DNA of 64,000 nucleotides. It comes from an uncultured Bdellovibrionales bacterium (GTDB taxonomy: Bacteria; Bdellovibrionota; UBA1018; CAIPTA01). The stretch spans positions 385,184 through 449,183 of the forward strand of contig CAZKBU010000001.1 of NCBI GenBank assembly GCA_964551325.1, read 5' to 3'. The position numbers and the translations under genes were made by a program. This document shows, piece by piece, positions 59,172-64,000 of the stretch (position 1 is its first letter; each line of letters begins with the position of its first letter). The notes under the pieces are model-generated. The model was not told the origin of the DNA and ran no database searches. It saw nothing but the letters and a program-made list of their open reading frames with translations.

Positions 59172-59250
59172 GCGTCGCTTTCGCCCCCGCATAACTGCTC
59201 AGCGTCCATCGGACGCCGCCACCGCCCCTGCGAATCCCGAATTGAGAGCC

Positions 59251-59286
59251 AAAAATAAAAAAGCCCGCCTATTGGCGAGCTTTTTT
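59251..59286. terminator. Bidirectional Rho-independent terminator (A-run, hairpin GCCCGCC-tatt-GGCGAGC, T-run).
   Basis: Read from the sequence, between GH15 (+) and tRNA-Glu (-). Confidence 0.5.
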
Positions 59287-59289
59287 AAA

Positions 59290-59369
59290 TGGCGTTCCCT
59301 GGGGGATTCGAACCCCCGTTACCTCCGTGAAAGGGAGGTGTCCTAGACCGGGCTAGACGAAGGGAACGC
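59290..59369 (-). tRNA. tRNA-Glu (anticodon TTC), with the CCA end encoded.
   Basis: Cloverleaf folded by hand. Near-identical to E. coli tRNA-Glu. Confidence 0.9.
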
Positions 59370-59391
59370 ACGACAAACAATTTCTTGGACT

Positions 59392-59469
59392 TGGTGAGCC
59401 CGGGCAGACTCGAACTGCCGACCCTCTCATTAAAAGTGAGATGCTCTAACCAACTGAGCTACGGGCCCC
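59392..59469 (-). tRNA. tRNA-Lys (anticodon TTT), with the CCA end encoded.
   Basis: Cloverleaf folded by hand. Anticodon loop CTTTTAA. Confidence 0.9.
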
Positions 59470-59544
59470 AATAAATCCGTTTCCAGATTTTCCAAGAGCT
59501 TCAGGAAATACCCGGGGGGCACGAGAAGGTCAAGACCGGAAAGG

Positions 59545-60564
59545 TCAGATTCCGAGTTCGGCCTGGCGATCGGCCAGCACCTTTTTTCCAAAATGTTCAA
59601 AGGCCTTACGCGTGGCCACACGGCCCCGCGGCGTTCGCTGAAGGAAGCCCTGCTGGAGCAGAAATGGCTCATAAACGTCCTCGATCGTCTGGGGCTCTTC
59701 GCCAATGGCGGAGGCCATGGTGTCGAGGCCAACGGGCCCGCCGTCGAACTTATCGATAATGGCGAGGAGAATGCGCTTGTCCATGGAGTCGAGACCCAGC
59801 TCGTCCACTTCGAGCGCCTTGAGCGATGCCTTGGCCAGGGCCTGATCCACCACCCCCGTGCCCGCCACCTCGGCAAAGTCCCTCATCCGACGCAAAAGGC
59901 GGTTGGCGATCCGGGGCGTACCGCGAGACCGACGAGCCAACTCCAGAGCCCCGGAGCCATCAAGCCGAACCCCCAGCCTTAACGCGCTGCGGCCCAAAAT
60001 GTCGGCCAGATCGTCGGCGCCATAGAAGTCGAGCACCATGGGAATACCGAAGCGATCCCGCAGGGGCGTAGAAAGGAGACCGGCCCGCGTGGTGGCTCCG
60101 ATCAAGGTGAACTTCGGAAGATCGATTCGCATGGTGCGGGCACCAGGTCCCTGGCCCAGAATGATGTCGAGCTTGAAGTCCTCGAGCGCGCTGTAGAGCA
60201 CCTCTTCCACGGCGATTGGTATGCGGTGAATCTCGTCGATGAAGAGCACGTCGTGGGGCTTTAGATTCGTGAGAATCGCCGCCAGGTCGCCTTTCTTGTC
60301 GAGAGACGGGCCGGCGATAGTGAATAGATCCGAACCCATCGCCCGCGCCACGAGATAGGCCAGCGTAGTTTTGCCAAGTCCCGGAGGACCCGAGAGAAGC
60401 ACGTGGTCCAGCGACTCGCCCCGCTTTTTTGCCGCCTCAATGTAGAGCGACAGCTGATCCTTAACCTTTTTTTGCCCCACAAACTCGCTGAAAGACTGCG
60501 GGCGAAGCCCCATCTCCATTTGCGAATCGCCGAGCTGCTCCGGATTCACGAGACGCTCCGTCAT
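59545..60564 (-). CDS. ruvB: Holliday junction branch migration ATPase RuvB.
   Basis: Walker [10 protein letters not shown] and the RuvB sensor region. The start is taken at MTERLVNPE, giving an ATGA overlap with the ruvA stop. Confidence 0.9.
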   Translation of the reverse strand: MTERLVNPEQLGDSQMEMGLRPQSFSEFVGQKKVKDQLSLYIEAAKKRGESLDHVLLSGPPGLGKTTLAYLVARAMGSDLFTIAGPSLDKKGDLAAILTNLKPHDVLFIDEIHRIPIAVEEVLYSALEDFKLDIILGQGPGARTMRIDLPKFTLIGATTRAGLLSTPLRDRFGIPMVLDFYGADDLADILGRSALRLGVRLDGSGALELARRSRGTPRIANRLLRRMRDFAEVAGTGVVDQALAKASLKALEVDELGLDSMDKRILLAIIDKFDGGPVGLDTMASAIGEEPQTIEDVYEPFLLQQGFLQRTPRGRVATRKAFEHFGKKVLADRQAELGI

Positions 60565-61232
60565 GCCATCCCCCGCAACGAACGCCCACCCATCAGCGAG
60601 CCGCCCGACAAGGCCTTCAGCGCGTACTTCAAGGCGGACTCGAGGTCTTTGCACTCATCCGGCCGGGCCAGCGCTTCTCTCACCGCCACCCGGGCATCAG
60701 CGTCTCTCCAGCCAAGCCCGAGAAGAGCCTGCTCCAGATCCGCCGCCCAAACCGAAGAGCCGCCCACCGCCGCAGCGGTCTTGCGGAACGTCCCCGAAAT
60801 CGCCACGGAGCCGCGCTCCTCCAAAAGCTTTTTCTCGCACTTCTCGCGAAGCTCAAGGATCAAACGTTCCGCTGTCTTTTTTCCTACGCCGGAAATTCCG
60901 TGCAATATGGCCTTATCCTCGGCCACGATCGCTTCCAAAACGGCACGGGCGTCGAGCGCCGACAAAATCGAAAGCGCCATCTTTGGACCCACACCGTTCG
61001 CCGTCATCAAAATCTCGAACACTTCCCGCTCCAGCCGGGTGAGGAATCCGTAGAGCGTGATCGCGTCTTCTCTCACGGCGGTATGAACTTGTAGTGTGAT
61101 CTCTTGCCCCTCTTCCGGAAGGCGAAAGAGGACAGTCTCCGGAACGAGCAAACCGTAGCCGGTTCCGGCCACGTCCACCACCACACGGTCTTTGGACTTT
61201 TCGATCAATTCTCCGCGCACTCGAGCGATCAT
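60561..61232 (-). CDS. ruvA: Holliday junction DNA helicase subunit RuvA.
   Basis: Full-length RuvA (MIARVRGEL...HhH motifs). Confidence 0.9.
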   Translation of the reverse strand: MIARVRGELIEKSKDRVVVDVAGTGYGLLVPETVLFRLPEEGQEITLQVHTAVREDAITLYGFLTRLEREVFEILMTANGVGPKMALSILSALDARAVLEAIVAEDKAILHGISGVGKKTAERLILELREKCEKKLLEERGSVAISGTFRKTAAAVGGSSVWAADLEQALLGLGWRDADARVAVREALARPDECKDLESALKYALKALSGGSLMGGRSLRGMA

Positions 61233-61251
61233 GCTTCGAGCCTATCGCAAT

Positions 61252-61785
61252 TCAGAGGTCGAGGCGAGGGCCGGAGGACTTCCGCAGAATCGCCGCCTTG
61301 TGCCGGTGCTGCGCGTGACAGATAGCAATCGCCAGGGCGTCAGAGGCGTCGTGGCGCGCCAAGTCGCCTTTGTCGGCCAAGGAGGCGCCCAGCAGGAGTT
61401 TCACCATGCGAAACACCTGGTCTTTATCGGAACGTCCACTCGACGTGACCGCCTGCTTAATCGTGGTCGGCGCATATTCGTGAATGGGGAGCCCCTTCAG
61501 CGCCGCCGCCGCGAGCGCCGCTCCGCGGGCCTGGCCGAGCTTGAGCGCGCTCTCCACGTTCTTTGCGAAAAAAACTTGTTCCGCGGCCACACAATCGGGC
61601 TGCCAGATTCGGATCGCCTCGTCGACGGCCTCGAAGATTCCCTTCAAACGAGAACTCCAGCCGAGCCCCTCTTCCGCTTCGATTCGCACCGCGGAATGGC
61701 CCACGCAATGGAGCGCGCTGCCTTTGGCTTCCACGCATCCCAGGCCGAGCCAGTTGGAGCCAGGATCGATGCCGAGAATTCTCAT
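61252..61785 (-). CDS. ruvC: Crossover junction endodeoxyribonuclease RuvC.
   Basis: MRILGIDPGS catalytic Asp and the RuvC fold signature. Confidence 0.9.
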   Translation of the reverse strand: MRILGIDPGSNWLGLGCVEAKGSALHCVGHSAVRIEAEEGLGWSSRLKGIFEAVDEAIRIWQPDCVAAEQVFFAKNVESALKLGQARGAALAAAALKGLPIHEYAPTTIKQAVTSSGRSDKDQVFRMVKLLLGASLADKGDLARHDASDALAIAICHAQHRHKAAILRKSSGPRLDL

Positions 61786-61871
61786 GGAGTCAGGTTATGG
61801 GGCTGGAGAGGGAAAGGCAAATGGTTGGCCCGGCATTTGAATAGGGGAAGAACCATTTCACAGGAGAAATC

Positions 61872-62099
61872 ATGAGCAATTTTCGAACACTGGATCTGGC
61901 GGAGGGAAATGCGAAATTTTCCTACAAAGATAAGAAAAGAATTTATCAAATCGCGATGGGGTCACTGAGAGAAACCCAAACGATACTGAAGCTGGCAAAT
62001 GTGGATAACGCTGCTGTGCTGAAGAGCGCCGATCATCTTGGAGCCAGTATTTATAAGCTCCTGAAGTCTCCAGAACCGGTCCAAAAACCCAACCACTAA
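61872..62099 (+). CDS. Truncated four-helix-bundle protein of the 23S rRNA intervening-sequence protein family (C-terminal half only).
   Basis: AEGNAKFSYKDKKRIYQIAMGSLRETQTILKLA matches the C-terminal AEG...GS.aEl.tql helices of this family, but only 75 aa are present. AGGAG Shine-Dalgarno sequence upstream. Confidence 0.45.
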   Translation: MSNFRTLDLAEGNAKFSYKDKKRIYQIAMGSLRETQTILKLANVDNAAVLKSADHLGASIYKLLKSPEPVQKPNH

Positions 62100-62109
62100 C
62101 CACAACCTG

Positions 62110-62154
62110 TATACCGTATACGGTATACAGTATTCTGTATTCAGTGCGCGCTAG
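62110..62154. repeat. Two perfect palindromes: CTGTATACCGTATACGGTATACAG (24 bp) and GCGCGCTAGCGCGC (14 bp).
   Basis: Read from the sequence. Located between convergent genes (the 4HB fragment and tRNA-Met). Confidence 0.3.
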
Positions 62155-62161
62155 CGCGCAT

Positions 62162-62238
62162 TGGTGGGCCCTGCTGGACTCGAACCAGCGACCAAGAGAT
62201 TATGAGTCTCCTGCTCTAACCGACTGAGCTAAGGGCCC
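62162..62238 (-). tRNA. tRNA-Met (anticodon CAT). Could alternatively be a tRNA-Ile2 lysidine substrate.
   Basis: Cloverleaf folded by hand. The G1-C72 pair argues against an initiator tRNA. Confidence 0.85.
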
Positions 62239-62266
62239 GTTCTCGGGTTTACCGAAAAAACAAAAA

Positions 62267-64000
62267 TCAGCTGCTTCCATCAACGAAGCTCTTGAGGAGC
62301 CGCGCGCGCGACGAGTGGCGAAGTTTGCGCAGAGCCTTGGCTTCGATCTGACGGATTCGTTCACGAGTAACGAAGAAGTCTTGTCCCACTTCCTCGAGGG
62401 TGTGGTCGCTTTTCTCCCCGATACCGAAACGCATGCGGAGCACCTTCTCTTCACGGGGAGTGAGGGTGGCGAGCACGCGGCGGGTTTGTTCGGAGAGGTT
62501 GATGTTGATCACGGCCTCAGCGGGGTTGATGATGTTTTTGTCCTCGATGAAGTCGCCCAGGTAGGAGTCGTCGTCCTCACCGATCGGGGTTTCGAGGGAG
62601 ATCGGCTCTTTCGCGATCTTCAGCACCTTGCGAACCTTGTCCACCGGCATGTCCATCTTCTCTGCGATCTCTTCCGGAGTAGCCTCCCGGCCGAGCTGCT
62701 GCACGAGCTGGCGCGATGTACGCACGAGCTTGTTGATGGTCTCGATCATGTGCACGGGAATACGGATCGTGCGGGCCTGGTCGGCAATCGCGCGCGTGAT
62801 GGCCTGGCGAATCCACCACGTGGCGTAGGTGGAGAACTTGTAGCCTCGGCGATATTCGAACTTATCTACAGCCTTCATGAGACCAATGTTTCCCTCTTGG
62901 ATGAGATCCAAGAACTGGAGTCCGCGGTTGGTGTATTTCTTGGCGATCGACACCACGAGACGAAGGTTCGCTTCCACGAGCTCGGCCTTTGCTTGGTCCG
63001 CTTTAATTTCACCACGCATGGCTTCGTTGTAGATGCCTCTGAGCACATCCAGATCCACGCCTGACTGGTGCTCAATCTCTTTCACGCGCGTGAAGCCTTG
63101 CTCGTAAGCCGACGACATTTGTTCAAACTTCAAGGGCGAAACATCTTGCGAACGGCAAAATGCGGCGCGGGCCGCATCGTCGCCGGAGCGATATTTTTCC
63201 ACGAGCTTCATGAAGTCGGCGTGGGTTTTCACGTCGTAGAACTTAAGGGTGCGCTCCTGCTCGCCTTTCACGGCCTCGAGATCCGTTACCGGCTTCTTAA
63301 TCGCTTCCAAGAGGTAATTGATCGTTTTTCGATTGAAGGAAATCTGAAGGAAGGCCTTGGTCACATCGGCCTTTTTCTTCGTCATGTCCTTTTCAATTTT
63401 CTGCTTATCTTTTTGCGACACTTTCGGGTCGAGATAGATGAGCTTCACTTTCTTGAAGTGGTCGAGTTGCTTTCGAAGCGCCTTCATCGACTCGGCCAAG
63501 CGGTTCTGGTGGGCCTGCTCGTCTTCCTCGGAAATTTCTTCGTCCACGCCGCGAATCATGTCTTTCACGCGCATCTCGCCCTTGGCCACTTTCTCGGCAA
63601 GCCCGAGAATGGCGTCCACTCCGAGCTGGCAGCTGATCAGGGCTGCCACGATTTCTTCTTCGCCACTTTCGATGCGCTTGGCGATTTCCACTTCGCCCTC
63701 ACGCGTAAGCAAGGAAACGGAACCCATCTTGCGGAGATAGAGCTTTACCGGATCAACAGATCGGGTGCCGAAATCTTCTTCGGCCTTTTCTTTTTCCTCG
63801 GCTTCTTCCTCTTCGCCCTCGCCTTCAGCGGCATTCTTGGCTTTCGCGGTCTCTTCCACGTCGATGTCGTTGTCGGAGAGGAACTCCATCACAGCATCCA
63901 CCTTCGCGGCCTCAATAACCTCGGAGGGAATAAGGTCGTTCACTTCTTCGAAAGTGAGAACTCCGCGCACTTTTCCCAGCTCCAGGAATTTCTTGATGAG
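62267..64000 (-). CDS. rpoD: RNA polymerase sigma factor RpoD (sigma-70), 5'-partial because the N-terminus lies beyond the window end.
   Basis: Regions 2-4 signatures ([51 protein letters not shown]). The frame is open to position 64000. Confidence 0.9.
   Translation of the reverse strand, partial: LIKKFLELGKVRGVLTFEEVNDLIPSEVIEAAKVDAVMEFLSDNDIDVEETAKAKNAAEGEGEEEEAEEKEKAEEDFGTRSVDPVKLYLRKMGSVSLLTREGEVEIAKRIESGEEEIVAALISCQLGVDAILGLAEKVAKGEMRVKDMIRGVDEEISEEDEQAHQNRLAESMKALRKQLDHFKKVKLIYLDPKVSQKDKQKIEKDMTKKKADVTKAFLQISFNRKTINYLLEAIKKPVTDLEAVKGEQERTLKFYDVKTHADFMKLVEKYRSGDDAARAAFCRSQDVSPLKFEQMSSAYEQGFTRVKEIEHQSGVDLDVLRGIYNEAMRGEIKADQAKAELVEANLRLVVSIAKKYTNRGLQFLDLIQEGNIGLMKAVDKFEYRRGYKFSTYATWWIRQAITRAIADQARTIRIPVHMIETINKLVRTSRQLVQQLGREATPEEIAEKMDMPVDKVRKVLKIAKEPISLETPIGEDDDSYLGDFIEDKNIINPAEAVININLSEQTRRVLATLTPREEKVLRMRFGIGEKSDHTLEEVGQDFFVTRERIRQIEAKALRKLRHSSRARLLKSFVDGSS

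Noticed and set aside
62110-62133. Considered whether CTGTATACCGTATACGGTATACAG is a LexA (SOS) box controlling ruvCAB.
   Set aside because: It does not fit CTGT-N8-ACAG spacing or other known LexA consensus sequences. It lies downstream of a separate small gene rather than at the ruvC promoter.

Overview
The window is a 64 kb chromosomal segment (about 55% GC) from a Gram-negative bacterium. Gene content suggests Bdellovibrionota or a delta-proteobacterium, but this is inference only. Most of the window is core genome: glycosylation, housekeeping, cell-envelope, type IV pilus, trehalose, recombination-repair and RNA genes. No CRISPR array, IS element or prophage was seen.

From start to end:
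- A polyprenyl-phosphate-sugar glycosylation cluster: a GT2 GtrB/ArnC-like enzyme, a GT-C ArnT/PMT-like enzyme and a GT87/DUF2029-like membrane protein.
- A DEDDh exonuclease, a SAM methyltransferase, a nitroreductase, a PilZ membrane protein, and a PilF-like TPR lipoprotein followed by RodZ.
- LptF/G, a WcaJ-like sugar phosphotransferase, pepA, asnS and trmL.
- One long minus-strand array: pilMNOPQ, a TPR protein, efp, accB, accC, a giant acidic TPR protein, tamB, bamA, rplM and rpsI.
- pcnB with a long Arg/Asp-rich tail, serB, nadA, a PIN protein, rnpB (RNase P RNA), an SDR oxidoreductase and arginase.
- An otsA-otsB-marR cluster divergent from a GH15 glucoamylase/trehalase, then tRNA-Glu, tRNA-Lys, ruvCAB, tRNA-Met(CAT) and the 3' part of rpoD.

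The most interesting observation concerns two unannotated small genes. At two separate loci, a paralogous 41-42 aa peptide gene sits tail-to-tail against a paralogous 7TM-DISM receptor class III nucleotidyl cyclase. Each peptide has an N-terminal hydrophobic segment and a C-terminal C-x5-C motif. Each has its own Shine-Dalgarno sequence and a conserved upstream cis-motif, TTTG-N-CAAA followed by TACGTA. The arrangement suggests a possible secreted disulfide-loop peptide and receptor-cyclase signalling module.

Other notable points are a cluster of three perfect and two near-perfect DnaA boxes in a convergent intergenic region, a perfect 20-bp CRP/FNR-type palindrome, a histone H1-like protein immediately upstream of pilM, and several palindromic operator candidates.
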